Part shown: positions 9,988 to 18,047 of the stretch, piece by piece | Numbering within the stretch: position 1 is the stretch's first letter | Layout: every line of letters starts with the position of its first letter | Assembly: GCA_903846025.1 (NCBI GenBank) | Contig: CAIMZP010000059.1 | Location: 15,916-79,915 of the forward strand | Length of the DNA: 64,000 nucleotides | Source of the DNA: an uncultured beta proteobacterium | GTDB taxonomy: Bacteria > Pseudomonadota > Gammaproteobacteria > Burkholderiales > Burkholderiaceae | Reading direction: 5' to 3' | The notes under the pieces: generated by a model | The model's input: the letters and a program-made list of their open reading frames with translations, nothing else | What the model was told of the DNA's origin: nothing | Database searches by the model: none | Translations under genes and position numbers: made by a program

Positions 9988-10013
9988 TCTAAACTCTTAT
10001 ATAAGACATAAGA
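9988..10013. promoter_or_regulatory. Candidate operator upstream of aceA (SdhR/GntR-type palindrome)
   Basis: TCTAAACTCTTATATAAGACATAAGA contains the perfect core TCTTATATAAGA. It matches 23/26 positions of the palindrome TCTTATGTCTTATATAAGACATAAGA that I recall as predicted for TCA genes in Burkholderiales. Confidence 0.5.
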
Positions 10014-10072
10014 CTTGAATGTCTCAATATTTCACAGTTTTAGAGGTACTTGCTTAACTTAGGGAGATAAAC

Positions 10073-11371
10073 ATGGCAGATCGCAAAGCAGAAATTGCAG
10101 CAATTCAAAAGGATTGGGATACCAATCCACGTTGGAAAGGTATTACCCGTGGCTACACAGCAGAAGATGTTGTTCGTCTTCGTGGCTCGCTAAAGATTGA
10201 GCATACTTTGGCCAAACATGGAGCTGAAAGACTTTGGGACTTAGTAAACAGCGAAGCTTACGTTAATTGTTTGGGTGCTTTGACTGGCGGGCAAGCAATG
10301 CAACAAGTGAAAGCAGGTGTTCAGGCTATTTATTTATCAGGCTGGCAGGTAGCTGCTGACGGCAACTCCTCTGCAGCAATGTATCCAGATCAATCCTTAT
10401 ACCCAGTTGATTCGGTGCCAAAGATGGTTGAGCGTATTAATAACTCATTCCAACGCGCTGATGAAATTCAAACTTCCAAAGGAATTAATAAAGGCGACGC
10501 TGGATATATTGAGTACTACGCCCCAATCGTTGCTGATGCTGAAGCGGGGTTTGGCGGTGTATTAAACGCATTTGAATTAAGTAAAGCTTTAATTAAGCAA
10601 GGTGCTGCTGGCGTCCACTTTGAAGACCAATTATCTTCAGTTAAAAAATGTGGCCACTTAGGTGGAAAAGTATTGCTACCAACAGCCGAGTCTGTACAAA
10701 AATTGATTTCCGCCCGTTTGGCTGCTGACGTGATGGGGGTATCTACGATTATCTTAGCTCGTACAGATGCTGAAGCTGCAGACTTATTGACATCTGATTA
10801 TGATGAAAATGACAAACCATTTTTGACAGGCGAGCGTACTCCAGAAGGTTTCTACAAAACACGTAAGGGCTTGGATCAAGCAATATCTCGTGGTGTGGCA
10901 TACGCTGCTTATGCTGATATGGTTTGGTGTGAAACAGGCACCCCTGATCTTGAGTTTGCACGTCAATTTGCGGAAGCAATTCGTTCGAAGTTTCCAGGTA
11001 AGATGCTTGCATATAACTGTTCGCCATCTTTTAACTGGAAGAAAAATTTAGATGATGCAACGATCGCTAAGTTTCAGCGTGAGCTAGGCGCAATGGGTTA
11101 CAAATATCAATTTATTACCCTCGCTGGTATTCATTCTATGTGGTACAACATGTTCGACTTGGCGCAAGATTATATGCAGCGTGGTATGACTGCCTATATC
11201 GAAAAAGTACAAGAACCAGAATTTGCTGCTCGTGATCGAGGTTATACATTCGTATCTCACCAGCAAGAGGTTGGCACGGGCTACTTTGATGATGTCACTA
11301 CCGTAATCCAGGGTGGCAAGTCATCAGTAACCGCTTTGACGGGATCTACAGAGGAAGAGCAGTTCCACTAA
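10073..11371 (+). CDS. aceA: Isocitrate lyase
   Basis: KKCGHLGGK active-site motif, [22 protein letters not shown]. Confidence 0.98.
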   Translation: MADRKAEIAAIQKDWDTNPRWKGITRGYTAEDVVRLRGSLKIEHTLAKHGAERLWDLVNSEAYVNCLGALTGGQAMQQVKAGVQAIYLSGWQVAADGNSSAAMYPDQSLYPVDSVPKMVERINNSFQRADEIQTSKGINKGDAGYIEYYAPIVADAEAGFGGVLNAFELSKALIKQGAAGVHFEDQLSSVKKCGHLGGKVLLPTAESVQKLISARLAADVMGVSTIILARTDAEAADLLTSDYDENDKPFLTGERTPEGFYKTRKGLDQAISRGVAYAAYADMVWCETGTPDLEFARQFAEAIRSKFPGKMLAYNCSPSFNWKKNLDDATIAKFQRELGAMGYKYQFITLAGIHSMWYNMFDLAQDYMQRGMTAYIEKVQEPEFAARDRGYTFVSHQQEVGTGYFDDVTTVIQGGKSSVTALTGSTEEEQFH

Positions 11372-11418
11372 GCCAAACTCCTAAGTAGTTAGTGTTAGCA
11401 GTAATACCAATGCTGCCG

Positions 11419-11461
11419 CGGCGTCTAAATTACCTCATAAGGGTGACTTAGGTGCCGTTTT
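11419..11461 (+). terminator. Rho-independent terminator of aceA
   Basis: Long stem CGGCGTCTAAATTACC / GGTGACTTAGGTGCCG (with G-U pairs) followed by TTTTCGTTT. Confidence 0.6.
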
Positions 11462-11477
11462 CGTTTACATTTATTCC

Positions 11478-11918
11478 ATGGCCAATTGCATACTCTGTGA
11501 AGAAGAAGTCAAACCCCCTGAGGGGCAGTTGATTTGGCGTGGAGATGACTGCCGAGTCATTCTTGTTGATGACCAAGATTTGCCTGGTTTTTGCAGAATC
11601 ATTTGGAATCGTCACGTAGCTGAAATGACTGATCTTGGTTATAGTGAGCGTGATCACCTCATGAACTTGGTCTTTGTTGTCGAAGAGGTTATCCGTCGTG
11701 TCATGCAGGCAGATAAGATCAATATCGCCGCCTTGGGCAATATGGTTAGCCATCTGCACTGGCATGTCATTCCTAGATATCAAGATGATGCTTTCTTTCC
11801 AGGGTCGGTTTGGTCTGCGAGAACGCAAGAAACGCCGACCGCCTTGATCATTGCTCGCAAAGAAAAAGCCAAAGAATTGCCTGCCGCTATTAAAGCTGCA
11901 ATCACTGCACTTTCCTGA
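11478..11918 (+). CDS. HIT family hydrolase
   Basis: N-terminal CILC and NMVSHLHWHVIPR histidine triad. Confidence 0.9.
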   Translation: MANCILCEEEVKPPEGQLIWRGDDCRVILVDDQDLPGFCRIIWNRHVAEMTDLGYSERDHLMNLVFVVEEVIRRVMQADKINIAALGNMVSHLHWHVIPRYQDDAFFPGSVWSARTQETPTALIIARKEKAKELPAAIKAAITALS

Positions 11919-12107
11919 GCATCTCTATCAAGTTAGGTTTGGTACCTGCTTTCAATTTTGATTTCCACTGCTCAATACACCAACCATAATGGGCGCAGCT
12001 TCTGGTTTATATTAAACCTTGGTATATTCTTTCAAAAGACCTTGGAGCTGCTTTAGCCTTTTACTAAAACTATTGCCCTAGAGTTAAACCATAAGAGGGG
12101 GCGGAAA

Positions 12108-12533
12108 ATGAAAATTAAGCTACTAATTACTGCTTTAAGCTTTATTCCGGCGATAGCGTTGGCGCAAGCGGGTTCAGATATGAAAGACGCTGGGCATGCA
12201 CCAACTGCGGTCTCTACAGTGGCACCAATGGGGGCTGAGACAACCACCCATCCTCTTAGTTCCACGCTCACAAGAACTGCCAATGGCATGGCGCTTGGCC
12301 CTGAACGTGCAATCATGGGCGGTCCCCAAGTCGTTGTTTACGATGGCCGCTCTGGACAGTTGGTTCAAGCACTAGCGCCGATAATTCCTTTACCTAAAAT
12401 TGCTGATCGATTGCCTACTGTTAGCTCTCTTGTAAAACCCCCACCTCCAGCAACAACATTAGAGGTTGCCCCGCCACCCGAAACCGTACCTCCCCCTGCC
12501 ATCCTATACAAATATGAAGAGAAAATTCATTAA
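12108..12533 (+). CDS. Hypothetical exported Pro/Thr-rich protein
   Basis: SD GAGGGG, signal peptide ending ALA-Q, Pro-rich C-terminal half. Confidence 0.65.
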   Translation: MKIKLLITALSFIPAIALAQAGSDMKDAGHAPTAVSTVAPMGAETTTHPLSSTLTRTANGMALGPERAIMGGPQVVVYDGRSGQLVQALAPIIPLPKIADRLPTVSSLVKPPPPATTLEVAPPPETVPPPAILYKYEEKIH

Positions 12534-12551
12534 CCGTAACATCCAGGCCCA

Positions 12552-13088
12552 ATGAAAATAAAATTAGTATTACTATTTTTTGGACTCATGCCTATGTTGG
12601 CTTTGGGTGAACAAGGGTCAAATTTTTATAGTGGTCAAGATCTATACGGTCGGACCAATACATTTCGCGATCCAATAACTACTTCAGTAGCGCCAAATAA
12701 GCAGCCTCCATCATTGCAGTCCACAGTTGGATCGTCTTCTGCATCAGGAGGGAATGGTGGTTTGATATTTGGTAATGGAGGCGCTGAAAGTGGTGGAGGG
12801 GCAGCGCAGCCAACAATGATCCCGATTGGTGTTGAGACAAATGCAAAAACTTCTGGCGCTCCAGAAGCAAGCCCCCCGACTCAATCATTAGATCTCACCC
12901 CGAGGGTGCCACAGGAGGTCAATGAGGCAGTAATTTCCCCCATAGCAGCGGAGAACCCCCAATCTGGATTATTGGTTACTAATGGGGCAAAGAATGATTC
13001 CAATCACAAGGCTATAAATAACAATAATGTATTCCAGAATGTACGTCGTAACGTCGATGTTCCGTGGCAAGAGATCCCCTCACAATGA
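12552..13088 (+). CDS. Hypothetical exported low-complexity (G/S/P/N-rich) protein
   Basis: Signal peptide ending ALG-E; its stop overlaps the next start (ATGA). Confidence 0.65.
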   Translation: MKIKLVLLFFGLMPMLALGEQGSNFYSGQDLYGRTNTFRDPITTSVAPNKQPPSLQSTVGSSSASGGNGGLIFGNGGAESGGGAAQPTMIPIGVETNAKTSGAPEASPPTQSLDLTPRVPQEVNEAVISPIAAENPQSGLLVTNGAKNDSNHKAINNNNVFQNVRRNVDVPWQEIPSQ

Positions 13089-14311
13089 ATTACATTAAAT
13101 TCATAGCTTTAGCAGTCTGTCTTGCAAGCTCAGTGCCGAGCCTTTCTTTTGCCCAAACACCAACATCGAGTCTTCGAGAGTACGCGCCTATTTCTCTGAT
13201 GCAATATCTCGAAGTGGTTAAAGGGAATAACGCCATCATTGGCAATAAGAGATTGGGGAAAGAAACCGCTGCTGCCATCAAAGAATCGCTATCCCTTTAC
13301 CAATTTAGACCGAGCGTGAGTTATACGAAGGGAACTTATTATCAACAGGTTCCATACGCCCCCTACACAACTCCTACATCGAATACCTATGGTCTTAATT
13401 TTAATGTTGAGGGCTGGGGTAAGCGTGCTGCTCGTGCAGAGTACGGTGATGCAGAGATTAGTAGGAGTAGCATTGATTATCAAGCTACTGAGGCGGATGT
13501 TCAAACAGCTGCAACTTTAGGCTTTATCGATACGTTAAGAAATCGGCTGCTATTTAATTCCTATTCTGAGGCAGCTAAAAAGATTGGCGCATTGCCAAAG
13601 ACTGCGCAAACCATTGATTCGGATCGCTTCTTAATATATTACGAAAATGCATCTGCAAGGGACCTTCAGTTCACGTCGCTTAGTCTGCTCAACTACTCGG
13701 GTGGCGTATTGAAAAATCTTCCACTTCCCACTGGCAATCTAAACATTTCTCCCCAGCAGTTTGACCCAGATAAATTGGTCGAACAAGCTATGAATAACCG
13801 CACTGATATTTTAGCTTTGCGAGCGGCTATTAACTCTTCAGAAAAGAATGTCAGCATGACAAAGGAGAATCGGAGTTGGGATGTTCAGCCTTATGTTTCT
13901 TACACAACAACACCTCAGTACCAATCCAGTGGGTACACTTATACGCCGCAAAATGGATTTTCTGCGGGTATCTTAATACCAATCCCAGTGAACAACTATT
14001 TACAAAATGCTGATATTGTTCAAGCCGCTAACCAAAAACTCGGCTTTGAAATGCAATTGACAGATTTAAAGGCTCAAGTAGAGGTGCAGGTCATCCAATC
14101 GCTGTTGCAGTATGAGGCCGCTAAAACAATTTTGAGTCAAGCAAGGGATGCTTTAAGTAGCATCTCTAAAACTGCCAATCAAAATACTCCTAAGGACATA
14201 ATGGGTCTACGTGACAAAGAGGGCGCTCTCATTGATGCTCAGACTAACCATGTAAAGGCCCTGGTCAATGTATACCGACAGAGCGGTAACTACAGCACCC
14301 CACAAATATGA
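13085..14311 (+). CDS. TolC/outer-membrane efflux family protein, atypical
   Basis: Signal peptide and two-fold internal repeat of helix-beta-beta-helix (RPSVSY...NVEGWGKRAAR; NRTDILALRAAI...DVQPYVSY...IPIPV). ATG at 13085 overlaps the upstream TGA. Confidence 0.75.
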   Translation: MNYIKFIALAVCLASSVPSLSFAQTPTSSLREYAPISLMQYLEVVKGNNAIIGNKRLGKETAAAIKESLSLYQFRPSVSYTKGTYYQQVPYAPYTTPTSNTYGLNFNVEGWGKRAARAEYGDAEISRSSIDYQATEADVQTAATLGFIDTLRNRLLFNSYSEAAKKIGALPKTAQTIDSDRFLIYYENASARDLQFTSLSLLNYSGGVLKNLPLPTGNLNISPQQFDPDKLVEQAMNNRTDILALRAAINSSEKNVSMTKENRSWDVQPYVSYTTTPQYQSSGYTYTPQNGFSAGILIPIPVNNYLQNADIVQAANQKLGFEMQLTDLKAQVEVQVIQSLLQYEAAKTILSQARDALSSISKTANQNTPKDIMGLRDKEGALIDAQTNHVKALVNVYRQSGNYSTPQI

Positions 14312-14817
14312 AGAGGTTGGTACTGCTGCTCTTATTCTGCAGTATCGGTGTACTGGCTGCGCCACCAATTGTAGGGCCGCGCGGCCTAACTCCTGGGGAG
14401 GCTATCGCACAGCGTCAGGGCGCACTCTTTGTTGATGCGCGCCAAGGTATCTCTCAAAATACTCTCGGATCAAGGTTGGACGAGTTCTCATTGTTAAACC
14501 CGGGTTCACTGCAGTCAAGGTTTTTATTTAATAGCACTGTGCTTGCTGCTAACCAAAGTTCACCACAGATTGGCTATCTTTCTAGCAATAATTTAAATGC
14601 TGCCTATAAAAAATTTCTGGCAACTCAGCATGAATTTCTGATTGCAGAGCAATCAAAACCATTTGCATCTACTATTGCAAAAAGTCAAGTGCAAGGGATG
14701 GTGTTTATAAAAGCCACTCCTAGTGGCAATCAAGTGGTGGGACCAGCAACAGACCTAATTTATCGAAGTACCATTTCTTTGCCGAATTCTAAATCAGTAG
14801 CAAATGATCCTAATTAA
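14308..14817 (+). CDS. Hypothetical exported protein
   Basis: Signal peptide MKRLVLLLLFCSIGVLA-A; ATGA overlap with the TolC-like gene. Confidence 0.65.
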   Translation: MKRLVLLLLFCSIGVLAAPPIVGPRGLTPGEAIAQRQGALFVDARQGISQNTLGSRLDEFSLLNPGSLQSRFLFNSTVLAANQSSPQIGYLSSNNLNAAYKKFLATQHEFLIAEQSKPFASTIAKSQVQGMVFIKATPSGNQVVGPATDLIYRSTISLPNSKSVANDPN

Positions 14818-14836
14818 AGCAGTGCTGGATTGGGTG

Positions 14837-14863
14837 GAAGCCCTGCTGTAATTGCAGGGCTTC
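14837..14863. terminator. Hairpin between convergent operons (likely terminator)
   Basis: GAAGCCCTGC-TGTAATT-GCAGGGCTTC perfect 10-bp stem. Confidence 0.55.
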
Positions 14864-14905
14864 TGAGATATTAAATGACGATTAAAAAGGGGTAGTTTTT
14901 AGGGT

Positions 14906-15337
14906 TTAGCCCAACCTCTTCAGGGCCTCAAGATATTTTTCGGGGCTTAGTTGTTCGCCTTCGCGCTGCGCTTCCCACATAGCTCGGCCTAGGCACTCCA
15001 TCATGAGGTGATGAGCTTCATGTTCAGAGGCTAATTTCTTAGTCAGTTTCTCGGCAATCTCTTTGATACCAGTCGGTTGATTGATAGAGATCTGTTCGCT
15101 AATGGATAAGTGCATTGAGAGATGCAAGAAAGGGTTAGTTTCACCGCGTTCTGGTGCGTAGTCTTGCTCTAATGCACCCTCAGGATCCATTAATTGGGAA
15201 TGATATTCGGGGTGTTGCGCCATCCAGTCGCCAGCTAGTATTTCCATTGGAGTGAGAATATGCTTCTCAGTTTTTTTCTTCCAGGTATCGCAGAAAAAGC
15301 GACGCACTTCTTCACGGGTTGGATTAAATATCGCCAC
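14906..15337 (-). CDS. DUF1841 family protein
   Basis: AIFNPTREEVRRFF, HPEYH, TNPFLHLSMHLSISEQISINQP and HHLMMECL. GTG start at 15337 is preferred to the track start at 15517, which lies deep inside nth. Confidence 0.8.
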   Translation of the reverse strand: MAIFNPTREEVRRFFCDTWKKKTEKHILTPMEILAGDWMAQHPEYHSQLMDPEGALEQDYAPERGETNPFLHLSMHLSISEQISINQPTGIKEIAEKLTKKLASEHEAHHLMMECLGRAMWEAQREGEQLSPEKYLEALKRLG

Positions 15338-15980
15338 GAACCTTGCCTTTGCTAGTTTTTTGTTTAAAGCTACAGAGTGGCTCAACAATGCATTGAGCGC
15401 ACTCAGGATTGCGCGCCTTACAGGTATATCTACCATGCAGAATAAGCCAGTGATGAGCATCTTGTAAAAATTCTTTGGGAACGCGTTTAAGCAATTTCTC
15501 CTCAACCTCGACAACATCCTTTCCAGATGCCAGACCAGTTCGGTTGGATACTCGAAAGATGTGGGTGTCTACTGCAATGGTTGCTTGACCAAAAGCGGTA
15601 TTTAAAATCACGTTGGCAGTTTTTCTACCAACTCCTGGCAAGGACTCCAGGCCTTCACGATGTTGCGGGACATTACCGCCATGCTTATCAATGAGTAGGC
15701 GACACGTCTCTTGAATGTGACGACCCTTTGAATTGAATAATCCAATATGCTGAATATAGGGCCTCACCCCTTCTTCACCCAGATTTAGTAGTGCTTGTGG
15801 CGTGTTGGCGATCTTAAACAGCTCACGGGTGCCTTTATTTACGGAGACATCCGTAGCTTGCGCTGATAGCAATACGGCAATCAATAGCTCAAATGGTGAG
15901 CTGTACTCCAGTTCAGTTTCTGGATTAGGGTTGTTTTCTTTGAGTAACTCAAAGAAAGCTTGACGCTTTTCTAAGTTCAT
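15324..15980 (-). CDS. nth: Endonuclease III
   Basis: LLSAQATD, HhH motif LPGVGRKTANV, 4Fe-4S motif CKARNPECAQCIVEPLC. Confidence 0.97.
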   Translation of the reverse strand: MNLEKRQAFFELLKENNPNPETELEYSSPFELLIAVLLSAQATDVSVNKGTRELFKIANTPQALLNLGEEGVRPYIQHIGLFNSKGRHIQETCRLLIDKHGGNVPQHREGLESLPGVGRKTANVILNTAFGQATIAVDTHIFRVSNRTGLASGKDVVEVEEKLLKRVPKEFLQDAHHWLILHGRYTCKARNPECAQCIVEPLCSFKQKTSKGKVRGDI

Positions 15981-16672
15981 GATTTTTTCTGTTGAGCTCT
16001 TGCCATAGCGGCGGCAATGATTGACCGCTTTCTTTCCTGTTCTTTTTTTGCTTCTTCGGAGGTTGGATCTTCTGCGTTAATCGCAGCTAATTTTACCGAT
16101 GCCTTTTTTGCTAGCCGATCTGCATTGTCGCGATCCTCTCGGTCCAACCTCTGATCGCGTGTGTGATAGCGCATTCTCGCGACATTTGCCAAATCGATTG
16201 TCCAGGCATCCCAGCCTGTTTGCTGATCAGTTATTTCTAGCATGCTAATGCAATCAACCGGGCAGGGTGGAATGCAAAGATCACAGCCTGTACACCAATC
16301 GCCCAGAATAACGTGCATTTGTTTTGATGCACCAACAATGGCATCTACAGGGCAGGCCTGAATGCATAGAGTGCAGCCAATGCATCTATTGGGGTCAATA
16401 AATGCCACCGATCTAGGGCGCTCAAAACCACATTCTGGATCAATAGTGGGGTGAAGTTCATAGGCATCCTGAGGGTAGATTGAGATCAGGATTGCACTTA
16501 ATCTTTTGATGCCTTCTGTTCCGCCAGGAGGGCAACGATTAGGAAGGGCCTTGCCGCTCGCTAGGGCTTGCGCATAACCATGGCAATCAGGATAGCCACA
16601 TTTAGTACATTGCGTCTGAGGAAGGGCGTCTTCCAGGAGATCAGTAAGTTGGTTCGCCTGGAAGGGATTCAT
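15977..16672 (-). CDS. rsxB: RnfB/RsxB-like ferredoxin (no N-terminal membrane anchor)
   Basis: LPQTQCTKCGYPDC...CPPGG FeS domain plus two CxxCxxCxxxCP motifs. Confidence 0.85.
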   Translation of the reverse strand: MNPFQANQLTDLLEDALPQTQCTKCGYPDCHGYAQALASGKALPNRCPPGGTEGIKRLSAILISIYPQDAYELHPTIDPECGFERPRSVAFIDPNRCIGCTLCIQACPVDAIVGASKQMHVILGDWCTGCDLCIPPCPVDCISMLEITDQQTGWDAWTIDLANVARMRYHTRDQRLDREDRDNADRLAKKASVKLAAINAEDPTSEEAKKEQERKRSIIAAAMARAQQKKS

Positions 16673-16726
16673 TACATTACAAAACGCTGAAAATTACGAG
16701 CGCTATTGGCTAATAATTTGAGCGTA

Positions 16727-18016
16727 TTACTTTGCGGCCAATTTAGGTAATCTTGCCTGAGTCTTTCTTTGCGCAGGTTGATGTTCGCGAATGAAGGATT
16801 TAATTTTTGGGTAAACCTTTTCACGCCAGCGACGACCAGCAAAAATGCCATAGTGACCAGCGCCAGCTACCTCATAGTGATCTTTATTCACCTTCGGAAT
16901 GTTAAGGCAAAGGTCATGTGCAGCACGGGTTTGGCCGCTACCAGAGATATCGTCTAACTCCCCTTCAATAGTGAGGAGGGCAGTTTTTTTAATATCCTCA
17001 GGTTTGACTAAGTCACCGGCCACCGCCCATGTGCCATTGGGTAAGGAGTAGTCTTGGAATACTGTTTTAATGGTATCTAAATAGTATTTAGCATCCATAT
17101 CCAATACTGCGTTGTACTCATCGTAAAAGCGAATATGGGACTCTGCATCTTGCTCGTCACCGCGCACTAAGTTTTGAAAGAAATCCCAATGTGACTGCAT
17201 ATGGTTTTGTGGGTTCATGGCAATGAAGCCGGTATGTTGCAAGAAGCCTGGATAGACTCGACGACCAGCACCTGGATAGGTTGGCGGAACCTTATAAACA
17301 ACATGACTTTCAAACCAGTTATAAGATTTTTGTTCAGCGAGATTGTTTACGGCTGTGGGGGATTTACGGGCATCAATAGGGCCGCCCATCATGATCATGG
17401 AGGCAGGTGTTTTTTCACCAGCAGAGGCCATCAAAGAAATTGCACCCAAAGTAGGAACTGTTGGCTGACATACAGAAATCACATGCAGATTTTCTGCGCC
17501 GATGGATCTAATAAAATCTTGGATGTAATGGACGTAGTCATCCAAACTAAAATCGCCATCTTCAAGCGGTACAAGGCGAGCATCAATCCAGTCGGTAATG
17601 TATACCTTGTGATCTTGCAGTAGCGTACGCACGGTATCGCGCAGTAAGGTGGAGTGGTGACCAGATAGTGGCGCAACCACCAACACAACAGGATCATCTT
17701 TTAACTTCTGAATGATTTTGACGTCATCGGAAAAGCGTTTAAAGCGAATCAGATTACAAAATGGCTTAGCTAAAGAAATTCTTTCGTGAATCGCAACCTC
17801 ATGACCATCTACTTCAACGGAGCGAATTCCAAATTCCGGTTTCTTATAGTTTTTACCTAAACGGTAAAGTAACTCATAGCTAGCAGCTAAACGCTCAGAT
17901 CCTGGCACCTTAGAAGCTGGATTGGATGCATTAATAAAAGCTTCAGAAGCTGCGTGAGCCCATGAACTGACTGGTTGAAGTAGGGCTTTTTGAAATTCAT
18001 GTAACTGATATAGCAT
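16727..18016 (-). CDS. phaZ: Intracellular polyhydroxyalkanoate depolymerase
   Basis: MLYQLHEF start, APLSGHHSTLLRDTV, SVCQP nucleophile, EGELDDISG, GHYGIF. Confidence 0.92.
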   Translation of the reverse strand: MLYQLHEFQKALLQPVSSWAHAASEAFINASNPASKVPGSERLAASYELLYRLGKNYKKPEFGIRSVEVDGHEVAIHERISLAKPFCNLIRFKRFSDDVKIIQKLKDDPVVLVVAPLSGHHSTLLRDTVRTLLQDHKVYITDWIDARLVPLEDGDFSLDDYVHYIQDFIRSIGAENLHVISVCQPTVPTLGAISLMASAGEKTPASMIMMGGPIDARKSPTAVNNLAEQKSYNWFESHVVYKVPPTYPGAGRRVYPGFLQHTGFIAMNPQNHMQSHWDFFQNLVRGDEQDAESHIRFYDEYNAVLDMDAKYYLDTIKTVFQDYSLPNGTWAVAGDLVKPEDIKKTALLTIEGELDDISGSGQTRAAHDLCLNIPKVNKDHYEVAGAGHYGIFAGRRWREKVYPKIKSFIREHQPAQRKTQARLPKLAAK

Positions 18017-18047
18017 GATGCCTCCAGAAAAACGGTGTAACCGCTTG

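Noticed and set aside
11448-11828. 126-aa minus-strand ORF
   Set aside because: Antisense to the clear HIT-family gene; no independent support.
15338-15517. N-terminal extension of the DUF1841 ORF in the track
   Set aside because: It runs deep inside nth; the recognisable sequence starts at GTG 15337.
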